A DNA stretch of 57,990 nt from NCBI GenBank assembly GCA_013824915.1, contig PNOQ01000012.1, forward strand, positions 1-57,990, given 5' to 3'. Made by a program: the position numbers and the translations under genes. This DNA comes from Nanoarchaeum sp. (lineage in GTDB: Archaea > Nanobdellota > Nanobdellia > SCGC-AAA011-G17 > PNOQ01). The notes under the pieces are model-generated. The model was not told where the DNA came from. It saw only the letters and a list, made by a program, of their open reading frames with translations, and searched no databases. Below, in pieces: positions 27,210 to 36,163 of the stretch (within the stretch, counting starts at the first letter, position 1; each line of letters opens with the position of its first letter).

Positions 27210-28598
27210 ATGTCCAAAGAATTAGCCGAATTCGCCTTAAAATACTTAAAAGAAAAAGAAGTAGATTATGCTGAAGTAAGGCTAGAGAAAAATTCTGGTT
27301 CTGGTATGATACTAAACAATTCTAATTTAGAAATGTCTGGATTTGATCAAGAAACAGGACTAGGTGTAAGATTTTTAATAAAAAACAATTTGGGCTTTGT
27401 AGCAATAAATCAATTAGAAAAAGAAAAGATAAAACAAGAATTAGAAAAATCAATAAGATTAACTAAAAGGGCAGCAAAAATTTCCGAAAGAGTTTTGTTT
27501 TCTAGTAATAAAGCAATAAAAAAATCAATAAAAATAAAACAAAAGCAAATATTAGATGAAGAACAAAAACTAAAATATATAAAAGAAATTGATAAAGAAG
27601 TTAATACAAATCATAAATACTTCTCTTTAACAGAAGATTTGATAGAAAAATATTATATCAACACGGAAGGTGCACAAATAGCTCAAACAATTCCAAGATT
27701 ACATTTTTTCTATTTTCTAACAATATTAAACGGAGCAAACTCAATTCAAAGAAATTTACAGTTCGGTTCAACAACTGGGTTCGAAGCTTTAAAAAAATGG
27801 AAAATTGAATCTCATTTACAAACAGAGATTAAAGCTCTAAGAGAAAACTTAGAACACGGAATTAAAGCTCCAACTGGTGAACTAGATGTTGTATTCGGAC
27901 CAGAAGTTACAGGAATTGCAACTCATGAATCTATAGGCCATCCATATGAAGCAGACAGAATATTCGGAAGAGAAGCAGCACAAGCAGGTGAATCATTTGT
28001 AACTCAAGACATGTTAAATACTAGAATAGGTTCAGAAGTTGTTACAGCAGTTGATGATCCAACTTTAGCAGATAGTTATGGTTTTTATTTATACGATGAT
28101 GAAGGAACAAAAGCATATGAACGAGTTCTAATGAAAAATGGAATTATAAATCAATTCTTACATGATAGACAAACTGCAGAAGCAATGCAAATAAAAAGTA
28201 ATGGCTCAGCACGTGCTTCAGTCTATTCAGTTGAACCTATGGTAAGAATGGCTAATACTTTTGTAAAACCTGGAAAAAATAAAGAAGAAGACTTATTCAA
28301 AGAAATAAAGAAAGGAATTTACATTAAAAGTTTTATGGAATGGAACATTGATGATAAAAGATTTAGTCAAAAATATACTGGTGATGAAGCATACTTAATA
28401 GAAAACGGTGAAATAACAAAACCAGTAAAACATCCTTCAATAGAAATAACAACACCAAAATTATGGTCTTCTGTAGATATGGTAGCTAATAACTTACAAT
28501 TCTTTGCTGCAAGTTGTGGTAAAGGCGAGCCGATGCAAGGAATCCCAGTATTCACTGGTGGTCCATCAATAAGATTAAGAAAAATAATGATGCATTAA
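27210..28598 (+). CDS. tldD: TldD-family metalloprotease
   Basis: HESIGH (HExxxH) motif followed by PYEADR. C-terminal GGPSIRL-type motif. Confidence 0.9.
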   Translation: MSKELAEFALKYLKEKEVDYAEVRLEKNSGSGMILNNSNLEMSGFDQETGLGVRFLIKNNLGFVAINQLEKEKIKQELEKSIRLTKRAAKISERVLFSSNKAIKKSIKIKQKQILDEEQKLKYIKEIDKEVNTNHKYFSLTEDLIEKYYINTEGAQIAQTIPRLHFFYFLTILNGANSIQRNLQFGSTTGFEALKKWKIESHLQTEIKALRENLEHGIKAPTGELDVVFGPEVTGIATHESIGHPYEADRIFGREAAQAGESFVTQDMLNTRIGSEVVTAVDDPTLADSYGFYLYDDEGTKAYERVLMKNGIINQFLHDRQTAEAMQIKSNGSARASVYSVEPMVRMANTFVKPGKNKEEDLFKEIKKGIYIKSFMEWNIDDKRFSQKYTGDEAYLIENGEITKPVKHPSIEITTPKLWSSVDMVANNLQFFAASCGKGEPMQGIPVFTGGPSIRLRKIMMH

Positions 28599-29144
28599 TT
28601 ATTTCTTGCCCAAACCAATCAAATAAATTTCTCTACTTCTTTTTCTAGTTGCCATAGGTCTCATACTTCTAACAACTATAAAATTTTCTTTCATCTCTTC
28701 AAAGAATAATTTAAAATCTTCACCTTGGAAAACTTTACAAACAAAGTTACCACGTTTTTTTAATTTAGCTTTTGCAATTTCCAAAGCTCTTTGGCTTAGT
28801 CCAATAGACCTTTCAACATCCAAATGTTTTATTCCTGTTGTTCTAGGTGCCAAATCACTAAGCACAACATCGTATTTTCTTTCTAATATATCAAAAATAC
28901 TATCCTCCAAAACATCTGTCTTAATCCAATTCCCATATTTAACTTTGAATACATCAACTGCATCCACATGAGCACCCATTTCTAAAACATACTGACTCCA
29001 ACTTCCAGGAGCTGCACCTAAATCTAAAACATAATTACCTTTTTTTATAACATGGTATCTATTTTGAATATTTCTAATTTTAAATATACTTCTAGCTAGG
29101 TATCCTTCTTCCATAGCTCGTTTAGTAAACTTGTCTCCCCTCAT
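28599..29144 (-). CDS. rlmE: 23S rRNA U2552-type 2'-O-ribose methyltransferase (RlmE/FtsJ)
   Basis: Motifs YLARSIFK, DLGAAPGSWSQ and VLSDLAP are present. A TTTATAAA box lies 30 nt upstream. Confidence 0.9.
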   Translation of the reverse strand: MRGDKFTKRAMEEGYLARSIFKIRNIQNRYHVIKKGNYVLDLGAAPGSWSQYVLEMGAHVDAVDVFKVKYGNWIKTDVLEDSIFDILERKYDVVLSDLAPRTTGIKHLDVERSIGLSQRALEIAKAKLKKRGNFVCKVFQGEDFKLFFEEMKENFIVVRSMRPMATRKRSREIYLIGLGKK

Positions 29145-29166
29145 ATTTATTAAAACAATAAAGACG

Positions 29167-29174
29167 TTTATAAA
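29167..29174 (-). promoter_or_regulatory. TATA-box-like element (palindromic TTTATAAA) for rlmE
   Basis: Its first T on the minus strand (29174) is 30 nt from the rlmE ATG (29144). Confidence 0.5.
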
Positions 29175-29190
29175 CCTTGCTTAAAATAGT

Positions 29191-29198
29191 TTTATAAA
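29191..29198 (+). promoter_or_regulatory. TATA-box-like element (TTTATAAA) for the MFS gene
   Basis: Lies 30 nt upstream of the ATG at 29221. It forms a back-to-back promoter pair with 29167-29174. Confidence 0.5.
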
Positions 29199-29220
29199 CT
29201 CCAAATTCAAAAAATTAACT

Positions 29221-30399
29221 ATGCAAAAGAAGTTTGTTAAAGGTTTTGGTGCCAACGTTATTTTTTTAGGTATTGTCAGTTTAATCAATGATTTTAGTAG
29301 TGAATTAATAGTTCCAATTCTACCTTTACTTATTGCTTCGTTAGGTGGAACTGGATTAATTATTGGTCTGATTGGTGGTATTAGAGATTGTGTAGCTAGT
29401 ATGATTAAATTTTATTTTGGTCATGAATCAGATAAAGCAAGAAAGAGAAAACCTTTCATATTTTATGGTTATTTAACTTCTGCCACATTTAAAATAATGT
29501 TAGCATTATCAAAAACATGGCACCAAGTTTTAATTTTCTCAGGTTTAGAAAGACTTGGTAAAGGTATGAGATCCGCACCAATAGATTCTTTAATTTCAGA
29601 ATCAATGCCAAATAACAAAGGAAAGGGTTTTGGAATCCATAGAACTCTTGACGTAACTGGAGCAGTTCTTGGTTCATTAACAGCATTTCTATTATTTTGG
29701 TATTTTAATTTTAGTTTCCAAAAAATAATATTTATCGCAGCGGTTTTAGGATTCATAGCTATAATCCCATTAGTTTTTGTAAAAGAACCCAAACAAAAAA
29801 AGAAGAAAGTCAATCATTCAATGAAATGGGAAATAAAAAAACTTCCAAAACAAGTCAAGTTGTTCATATTCATAGCAAGTATATTTGCATTAGCTAACTT
29901 CAGTTATATGTTTTTCATCTTAAAATCAAGTAGTTTCATACCAGGTAAATTAGGATTAGCTGCGCCAATTTTATTATATGCATTTTTCAATTTATTTTAT
30001 GTTTCATTTGCTATTCCGATGGGCAATCTTTCTGACAAAATAGGTAGAACACGTGTTTTAATTTATGGTTATTTATTATTTTCAATAGTATCTCTAGGAT
30101 TTATGTTTGCAAATACAATAACATTTTTTGTAGTATTGTTTGCAATGTATGGTTTAGTATTCGCTATGATAGAAGGTAACCAAAGAGCGTTAGTATCTGA
30201 TTTATCTTCAAAAGAACATCGTGGTTCAGCTTTAGGTTTATTCCATACTTGTGTAGGTGTAACCGCATTACCTGCAAGTTTAATAGCTGGTTTACTTTGG
30301 GATATTAATCCTAGTTTAACATTCATATTCGGTTCTATTGTATCTTTGATGGCAGTTTTATTATTTGTCTCATTAAAAGACAAGATAAAAAAGAATTAA
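29221..30399 (+). CDS. MFS transporter
   Basis: About 12 TM helices. A loop 2-3 motif-like sequence (SDKARKRKP / SDKIGRTR) occurs in both halves. Confidence 0.85.
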   Translation: MQKKFVKGFGANVIFLGIVSLINDFSSELIVPILPLLIASLGGTGLIIGLIGGIRDCVASMIKFYFGHESDKARKRKPFIFYGYLTSATFKIMLALSKTWHQVLIFSGLERLGKGMRSAPIDSLISESMPNNKGKGFGIHRTLDVTGAVLGSLTAFLLFWYFNFSFQKIIFIAAVLGFIAIIPLVFVKEPKQKKKKVNHSMKWEIKKLPKQVKLFIFIASIFALANFSYMFFILKSSSFIPGKLGLAAPILLYAFFNLFYVSFAIPMGNLSDKIGRTRVLIYGYLLFSIVSLGFMFANTITFFVVLFAMYGLVFAMIEGNQRALVSDLSSKEHRGSALGLFHTCVGVTALPASLIAGLLWDINPSLTFIFGSIVSLMAVLLFVSLKDKIKKN

Positions 30400-30438
30400 T
30401 TTCGAAACATTTAAAAGACAATTAAGTCCATTTAAAAA

Positions 30439-31176
30439 ATGCAAGTTTTAATCTGGATAATATTAAGTACATTGTTTGTTAGTTTAGTTTCATTAATAGG
30501 AATAATCACATTATCTTTGAAACATAAAATATTAGAAAAAATATTAATGTTATTGGTTGCCTTATCTGCAGGCGTTTTAATGGGTGCAGCATTTTTACAT
30601 TTACTCCCAGAATCATTAGAAATATCCGAACCAACACCAGTATTTATTTCCTTGTTATTAGGATTTGTATTATTCTTTTTAATTGAAAAAGTTTTACACT
30701 GGAGACATTGTCATAAAGATCATTGTGAAATCCATACTTTTGCTTACATGAGTTTATTTGGTGAGGCAATTCATAATTTTATTGATGGTTTAATAATCGC
30801 TGCAAGTTTCTTAGTAGACATAAAACTTGGATTGTTAACTACAGTGGCAATATTAACTCACGAAATACCTCAAGAAATTGGTGACTTTGCTGTATTAGTC
30901 CATGGTGGATTCAAAAAATCTAAAGCATTATTATATAATTTCTTAACTGCATTAACTGCAGTCATAGGTGGAATAGCTGGATTTATATTACCAAAATACA
31001 TACCAGGATTAACAACAGTTTTACTTCCATTTGCTGCAGGTGGATTTTTGTATGTTGCGGCTTCAGATTTAATACCGGAGTTAAGAAAAGAAAAAAGCTT
31101 GAAAAAATCTATGCTTAACTTTTTAGTATTCTTAATAGGAATATTACTAATTTATTTCATAGGTATGCTAGAATAA
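30439..31176 (+). CDS. ZIP-family divalent metal transporter (ZupT-like)
   Basis: Signature HEIPQEIGDFAVL. A His-rich loop (HWRHCHKDHCEIH). About 8 TM helices. Confidence 0.9.
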   Translation: MQVLIWIILSTLFVSLVSLIGIITLSLKHKILEKILMLLVALSAGVLMGAAFLHLLPESLEISEPTPVFISLLLGFVLFFLIEKVLHWRHCHKDHCEIHTFAYMSLFGEAIHNFIDGLIIAASFLVDIKLGLLTTVAILTHEIPQEIGDFAVLVHGGFKKSKALLYNFLTALTAVIGGIAGFILPKYIPGLTTVLLPFAAGGFLYVAASDLIPELRKEKSLKKSMLNFLVFLIGILLIYFIGMLE

Positions 31177-31788
31177 TTATTTTAAAACTTTACCGGTTCT
31201 AATATACCACATATACAAATCTAATTCAGCAGAATTCATTTTTAAATTTTTTGCAATATTATTAAATTTATTTTCTATTTCAAAATATATTTTTTTATTT
31301 AATGATTTAGGTATCTCATTAATATTTTTATTTTCAAACATTAATCTTAATATATGTCTGTCTAAAATAGCCAAATTTTTGTAACCAACATTTCTCATAA
31401 AATGTGAAGCTTCCTTATAACCCAAACCTTTTACATTCTCTGCTAACCAGTTTCTAGCTTCAATTTCATTTTGGTTTTCAATTAAATTTTTTATATTTTT
31501 ATACTTTCTTGCTTCAACTATATATTTACTTTTATTATTGTGAAATCTATGTTTATTTTTTATTATAACTTGTTTAATCTTATCTTGTTCTAAATTTAGA
31601 AATCCTTCTTGGCCAAGTTCTTTCTGAATATTAATCGCAGTTTCAGCTTTAGAGTTAGCAGTTAGCAAACAAAAGCACAATTCGGAAAACCATTCATTAT
31701 TATTCTCAAATTCCTTTAATCTAGTTTCTACAACTTGTTTGATTGGTGTGTTTTGTAATTCCCTAATTTGCTTAATTAATAAGTCCAT
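31177..31788 (-). CDS. ogg: 8-oxoguanine DNA glycosylase/AP lyase, archaeal Ogg2 type
   Basis: Helix-hairpin-helix superfamily. Motifs FCLLTANSKA ... GLGYKEASHFMRNVGY ... AILDRH are present. Confidence 0.75.
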   Translation of the reverse strand: MDLLIKQIRELQNTPIKQVVETRLKEFENNNEWFSELCFCLLTANSKAETAINIQKELGQEGFLNLEQDKIKQVIIKNKHRFHNNKSKYIVEARKYKNIKNLIENQNEIEARNWLAENVKGLGYKEASHFMRNVGYKNLAILDRHILRLMFENKNINEIPKSLNKKIYFEIENKFNNIAKNLKMNSAELDLYMWYIRTGKVLK

Positions 31789-31866
31789 GAAAACGATTAA
31801 ACTAGTGTTTATATAAATTTTATCTTGTTCAATAAAGCTTTTAAATAAATCAATTCTCCACTTTAT

Positions 31867-32409
31867 ATGATAATACTATTAGACTTAGATGAAGTCATAG
31901 CTGACTTTGAAGGTGCATTTCTAAAAACATTTAGACAAAGACATCCGGAACTACCCTTTATTCCATTAGAAGAAAGAACAACAACTAGAATTCCCGAACA
32001 ATATCCTGCAGAAGTAATTCCTTTAATTGAAGAAATATTTACTGAAAAAGGCTTTTTTCTTTCATTTGAACCAATACCTGGTGCGCTAGAAGCGGCTACA
32101 AAAATACTAGAAAAAGGTCATCAAGCGTATATCTGTACAAGCCCACTTCATAAAAGTCCAAGATGTTATACTGAAAAATATGAATGGGTTTTAAACCATT
32201 TAGGTCGAGAATGGACAAAAAGATTGATTATAACAAAAGACAAAACTTTAGTCCATGGAGATATTTTAGTTGATGATAGACCAGAAGTAAAAGGTATAAT
32301 GCAACCTACATGGGAGCATGTGTTATATACTCAGCCATACAATACACATGTAAAAGATAAAAGAAGATTGACCTGGCAAGAGGATTGGGAATCTATCTTG
32401 AAGATTTAA
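31867..32409 (+). CDS. 5'(3')-deoxyribonucleotidase (NT5C-family HAD phosphatase)
   Basis: N-terminal LLDLDEVIADFEG (DxDx motif). Late motif VDDRPE. Confidence 0.8.
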   Translation: MIILLDLDEVIADFEGAFLKTFRQRHPELPFIPLEERTTTRIPEQYPAEVIPLIEEIFTEKGFFLSFEPIPGALEAATKILEKGHQAYICTSPLHKSPRCYTEKYEWVLNHLGREWTKRLIITKDKTLVHGDILVDDRPEVKGIMQPTWEHVLYTQPYNTHVKDKRRLTWQEDWESILKI

Positions 32410-33043
32410 CATTAACTCTTTTACAATATTTTCTTATTGGGCACTTGCTACAATGTGGTGAAACTGGTGAACAAATAGTTTGCCCAAAAGCAACTAAAAA
32501 ATAATTAATATTCTTCCAATATTTCTTGGGTAATTTTTTTCTTAAAATCATTTCAGTCTCAAAAGGAGTCTTAGTCTTAACATAGCCTAATCTATTCATA
32601 ATTCTATGAACGTGTGTGTCTACAGTTATAGCATGCTTATCAAACGCAGCAGTCATTACTAAATTAGCAGTTTTTCTACCTACTCCTGGCAATCTAATTA
32701 AATCATCAATTTCAGAAGGAATTTTGCCATCAAACTCTTCTTTGATTACAATCGGTAATTTTTTTAATTGTTTAGCCTTATTTTTATAAAAACCAACAGG
32801 ATAAATCAATTTTTCAAGCTTTTTCAAACTTATATTTTCTAAATCTTCGAAATTTTTTACTTTTGAAAATAATCTACTAACTGCTCTCGAAGTAGTTTCA
32901 TCTTTAGTCCTAGCGGATAAAATAGTGGCTATTAGAATTTTAAAAGAACTATTACCTCTCGCTTTCATCAAATCTACAATTGGAACATTATAATTTACAA
33001 CTTCTTTTTCAAGTATCTTGTAGATATTATCTATTTCCATCAT
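32393..33043 (-). CDS. nth: endonuclease III (DNA glycosylase/AP lyase)
   Basis: HhH-GPD motif LPGVGRKTANLV ... VDTHVHR. A 4Fe-4S loop (CSPVSPHCSKCPIRKYC). Confidence 0.9.
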   Translation of the reverse strand: MMEIDNIYKILEKEVVNYNVPIVDLMKARGNSSFKILIATILSARTKDETTSRAVSRLFSKVKNFEDLENISLKKLEKLIYPVGFYKNKAKQLKKLPIVIKEEFDGKIPSEIDDLIRLPGVGRKTANLVMTAAFDKHAITVDTHVHRIMNRLGYVKTKTPFETEMILRKKLPKKYWKNINYFLVAFGQTICSPVSPHCSKCPIRKYCKRVNVKSSR

Positions 33044-33090
33044 AGTAATAAAACTAATAGACTTATTAATTTATCTCACTTAACGATATT

Positions 33091-33098
33091 TTTATATA
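33091..33098 (+). promoter_or_regulatory. TATA-box-like element (TTTATATA)
   Basis: Lies 29 nt upstream of the ATG at 33120. Confidence 0.5.
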
Positions 33099-33119
33099 CA
33101 TAATCTTCCTAACAATCAC

Positions 33120-33782
33120 ATGGAACAAGACATCGTTGAAAAAACTAAAAAGTTTGTTGAAAAAGAGCTTTCTGGTGAAACTACTGGGCATGATTTTTGG
33201 CATTCAATCTTAGTTTGGAGAAATGCTGTTCATATTGGTAAAACAGAAAACGTAGATATGTCGATAGTTGAACTTGCTGCATTATTACATGATATAGGTG
33301 ATTGGAAGCTTCATAGTGGAGAAAGTTCTGGTGAACAAAAAATTAAGTCTTGGTTAGAGATGAATAATGTTGATAATGATAAAATTTTACATATATTACA
33401 TATTATTGAAAATCTTGCTTACAAAGGACCAAAAGCAGATATTATAAAATTAAGTAATGAAGGCAAAGTCGTACAAGATGCAGACAGATTGGAAGGAATG
33501 GGTGCAATAGGTATTGCCCGTACATTTGCTACAGGGCAAAAACTAGGCCAAGAAATTTATAATCCAAATATAAAACCCAATATCAATCAAGATGCCAAAG
33601 AGTATAAAAAACAATATACTGGAGAAAAAAAGAACACAACTATCAATCATTTTGATGAAAAACTTTTATTTCTTAAAGATAGAATGAATACTCAATCTGG
33701 AAAGAAAATTGCAGAACACAGGCATAATTTCATGAAACAATTTTTAGACGAATTCTATAAAGAATGGGAAGGGAAACAATAA
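33120..33782 (+). CDS. HD-domain phosphohydrolase
   Basis: Motifs GHDFWH ... LLHDIGD ... QDADRLEGMGAIG are present. Confidence 0.85.
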   Translation: MEQDIVEKTKKFVEKELSGETTGHDFWHSILVWRNAVHIGKTENVDMSIVELAALLHDIGDWKLHSGESSGEQKIKSWLEMNNVDNDKILHILHIIENLAYKGPKADIIKLSNEGKVVQDADRLEGMGAIGIARTFATGQKLGQEIYNPNIKPNINQDAKEYKKQYTGEKKNTTINHFDEKLLFLKDRMNTQSGKKIAEHRHNFMKQFLDEFYKEWEGKQ

Positions 33783-33839
33783 TACTTTTCAAAAACTATA
33801 TAAAAACAAACAAACTAATTCTAGTTGAGGTGGTTAGAA

Positions 33840-34112
33840 ATGATGTCTTCATTACCAATCGATTTAAAAAAATTAAAGGATGCAGATAAAGAAATTTTAA
33901 GAGCAGGAATTATAGCTGAGTTAGATGCAGTAAATCTATACGAACAATTTGCAGCATACGCTAAGAGTAAAAAAATAAAAGAAACTTTGTTAGAAATAGC
34001 AAGAGAAGAAAAAACACATATTGGTGAATTTCAAGCTCTATTACTAGAACTAGACAAAGAACAAGTTGAAGAATTAGAAAAAGGAAAAAATGAAGTGAAT
34101 CAAAAACACTAA
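33840..34112 (+). CDS. half-ferritin (EncFtn/rubrerythrin-like) four-helix-bundle protein
   Basis: Motifs AELDAVNLYEQ ... EEKTHIGEF give an E...ExxH di-iron-type ligand pattern. The start is moved to the ATG at 33840 because an SD (GAGGTGG) lies 6 nt upstream. The track start at 33825 is a TTG. Confidence 0.7.
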   Translation: MMSSLPIDLKKLKDADKEILRAGIIAELDAVNLYEQFAAYAKSKKIKETLLEIAREEKTHIGEFQALLLELDKEQVEELEKGKNEVNQKH

Positions 34113-34672
34113 ATTTTTCCGATTAAATCTATTCCTGGCTTTAATGCTTGTTCTCCAGGTTCCCAACTTGCGGGGCATACAAATTCGCTGTGTTCTCTAA
34201 CAAACTGGGCAGCTTTTATTTTTCTTATTAATTCTTTTGCACTTCTTCCAATACTATTGTCATGCAACTCATAAGCCTTCAAAACTCCATCAGGGTCTAT
34301 AATAAAAGTTCCTCTTAAACTCAACCCTTCTGTTTTAATGTAAGTTCCATAAACTCTACATATATTTGCAGTAGGATCAGCTACCATTGGGAATTTAATC
34401 TTTTTTATAGTATCTGAGTTATCATACCAAGCTTTATGTACAAATTCAGTATCTGTACTAATACTCAATATTTCAGTATTTAATTTTTTTAGTTCATCAT
34501 AATGGTCTGCCAACTCTCCCAATTCAGTAGGACATACAAATGTGAAGTCTGCCGGGTAAAAAAACAATACAACCCATTTACCTTTATAATCAGACAAATT
34601 TACATTAACAAATTCTTCATTATGAAAAGCTTTTGCTGTAAAATGTGGTGCAAGTTCATTTATTTTTATCAT
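34109..34672 (-). CDS. ahpC: typical 2-Cys peroxiredoxin (AhpC/Prx1 type)
   Basis: Peroxidatic Cys in FTFVCPTEL. Resolving Cys in EFVCPASWEPG. The start is moved to the ATG at 34672, which is preceded by GGAGG. Confidence 0.9.
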   Translation of the reverse strand: MIKINELAPHFTAKAFHNEEFVNVNLSDYKGKWVVLFFYPADFTFVCPTELGELADHYDELKKLNTEILSISTDTEFVHKAWYDNSDTIKKIKFPMVADPTANICRVYGTYIKTEGLSLRGTFIIDPDGVLKAYELHDNSIGRSAKELIRKIKAAQFVREHSEFVCPASWEPGEQALKPGIDLIGKI

Positions 34673-35273
34673 TTTTTTTCGCCTCCAAATAATATTCATT
34701 CGCCTTTTTCCAATTTATAACATTGAAAAACGCTTCAACATAATCCGCTCTTTTGTTTTGGTATTTTAAGTAATAAGCGTGTTCCCAAACATCTATAGTT
34801 ATTAATGGAATCATACCTAAACTTATAACTGAATCTTGGTTTGAAGTCTTAACAATTTTTAATTCATTCTTGTCTAAAACTAACCAAGCCCATCCACTAC
34901 CGAAAACTCCTAAAGCATTATTAGTAAATTCTTCTTTAAACTTTTCGAAGCTTCCCCATTTTTTTATAATTTCCTTTGCGATTTCACCTTCAAACTTAAC
35001 GTTTTTCTTTAAAATGCTCCAAAAGAAATTATGATTATAATAACCGCCACCATGATTTGTAACTGCAGTTCTTATTTCCGTAGGAATCTTATCTAAATGT
35101 GCCAGTATTTCCTTGACATCTTTATTCTTAAGCTCTTTATGATTCTCAATTGCTGCTAAAAACTTATCAAAATATGTTTGATGATGTTTATCGTGATGTA
35201 TTCTCATCGTTTGTTCATCTATGAATGGTTCCAAAGCATTATACGCATATGGTAAACTTTCTAATTGTTTCAT
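34656..35273 (-). CDS. sod: Fe/Mn superoxide dismutase
   Basis: Motifs LPYAYNALEPFID ... HHDKHHQTY ... DVWEHAYY are present. An AGGAGG SD lies upstream. Confidence 0.95.
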   Translation of the reverse strand: MKQLESLPYAYNALEPFIDEQTMRIHHDKHHQTYFDKFLAAIENHKELKNKDVKEILAHLDKIPTEIRTAVTNHGGGYYNHNFFWSILKKNVKFEGEIAKEIIKKWGSFEKFKEEFTNNALGVFGSGWAWLVLDKNELKIVKTSNQDSVISLGMIPLITIDVWEHAYYLKYQNKRADYVEAFFNVINWKKANEYYLEAKKNDKNK

Positions 35274-35289
35274 TTTAATCCTCCTAAGC

Positions 35290-35904
35290 CTATATCTCCC
35301 ACTCTTTTATAACTTTCTTTACTTCTTCTTGTGCCAATCTTACTATTTCCTCTTGGTTTGATCCCATGTTAACACCTTGCGCACTTACACTTTTCACATC
35401 TGTAAATCCCATAAATCCAAATTCGACTTTGGCCAAACTAGTTGAATGTTCATAACTACTTCTTTCATCAACATATATCCCGCCACTAGAAGTTAATATT
35501 AACGCTTTTTTACCCTGCATTAATCCAACAAAACCATTCTCGTTTATATCCCAAGTCTCTCCTTTTTGCATAATTGAGTCAAAATACGCTTTCATAGCGG
35601 CTGGCATTGAAAAATTATACATCGGGAATGCAACTACAACAATATCTGCTGCCTTAAACTGCTTAGTCATTTTATCAAATTTTTCCAATTTTTTCTTTTG
35701 TTCGTTTGACAATTGTTTTCCCATATAATTCCTTTGCATATAAGCATTAAGATTTTCAGGTGTTATAAAATCAGGTATTTCTTTAATTAAATCTAAATGT
35801 TCTATTTTATTCTTTCCTTTTGTAGTTTCTACAAATGTATCAACTAACTTTTTTGTTCTTGAATTTTGCCCATTTGGCAAATAACTTACAACTAATATTT
35901 TCAT
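35290..35904 (-). CDS. azoR: FMN-dependent NADH-azoreductase/quinone reductase (AzoR-like flavodoxin fold)
   Basis: Motifs MKILVVSY ... AADIVVVAFPMYNFSMPAAMKAYFD are present. An AGGAG SD lies upstream. Confidence 0.85.
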   Translation of the reverse strand: MKILVVSYLPNGQNSRTKKLVDTFVETTKGKNKIEHLDLIKEIPDFITPENLNAYMQRNYMGKQLSNEQKKKLEKFDKMTKQFKAADIVVVAFPMYNFSMPAAMKAYFDSIMQKGETWDINENGFVGLMQGKKALILTSSGGIYVDERSSYEHSTSLAKVEFGFMGFTDVKSVSAQGVNMGSNQEEIVRLAQEEVKKVIKEWEI

Positions 35905-36012
35905 TTTTTCACGCTCCTAATAAATTTGTAAAGTAATTATAGAATTACTGTTATTATGCTAAACCTACAAATTAATCCTTTAAAAACCTTTTGCAAGTCT
36001 AATCATTAAAAT

Positions 36013-36084
36013 TATGAAGCCCCACTATTCTCTCTTAATCACAGATTCCCGAAGGATTCTCTAAGAGTTTAAGGAGCAGGGCTC
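36013..36084 (-). ncRNA. candidate structured small RNA (H/ACA-guide-like hairpin; speculative class)
   Basis: A GC-rich island sits in the longest spacer (259 nt). On the minus strand the fold is: lower stem GAGCCC/GGGCUU, an internal loop, a 6-bp stem CUCUUA/UAAGAG, a K-turn-like asymmetric bulge (GA opposite UGUGA), an apical stem capped by C(UUCG)G, and then AUA. A TTTATAAA box lies exactly 30 nt upstream. Confidence 0.35.
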
Positions 36085-36106
36085 TAATTTTAAAACAAAA
36101 ATATAG

Positions 36107-36114
36107 TTTATAAA
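36107..36114 (-). promoter_or_regulatory. TATA-box-like element (palindromic TTTATAAA) upstream of the candidate sRNA
   Basis: Its first T on the minus strand (36114) is 30 nt from the first G of the hairpin (36084). This is the same spacing as at mRNA promoters in this window. Confidence 0.4.
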
Positions 36115-36134
36115 ACTATTTATTCTGCATAAAA

Positions 36135-36142
36135 TTTATAAA
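36135..36142 (+). promoter_or_regulatory. TATA-box-like element (TTTATAAA)
   Basis: Lies 29 nt upstream of the ATG at 36164. Confidence 0.5.
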
Positions 36143-36163
36143 TCGACCATTTTAAAAGACTAT

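Noticed and set aside
29469-30383. Antisense ORFs inside the MFS transporter gene. Similar ones lie inside pmbA (38089-38466, 38797-38985, 39232-39447), gatE (42044-42325), the decarboxylase (43732-43938), corA (46038-46292, 46712-46912), the 176-aa/PurM-like genes (51052-51252, 51231-51425, 52289-52528) and TrmB (53456-53749).
   Set aside because: These are shadow ORFs opposite well-supported genes, with no independent signals.
33825-34699. The extended NTG-initiated starts in the ORF track for the half-ferritin (TTG 33825) and the peroxiredoxin (ATG 34699, MNIIWRRKK...). Similar cases are 20318 (xpd), 36919, 43059 (gatE), 44126 (decarboxylase) and 49495 (PHP).
   Set aside because: Downstream ATGs are preceded by GGAGG-type SDs or by TATA boxes at the window-wide 29-30-nt spacing. 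They also give N-termini typical of the families.
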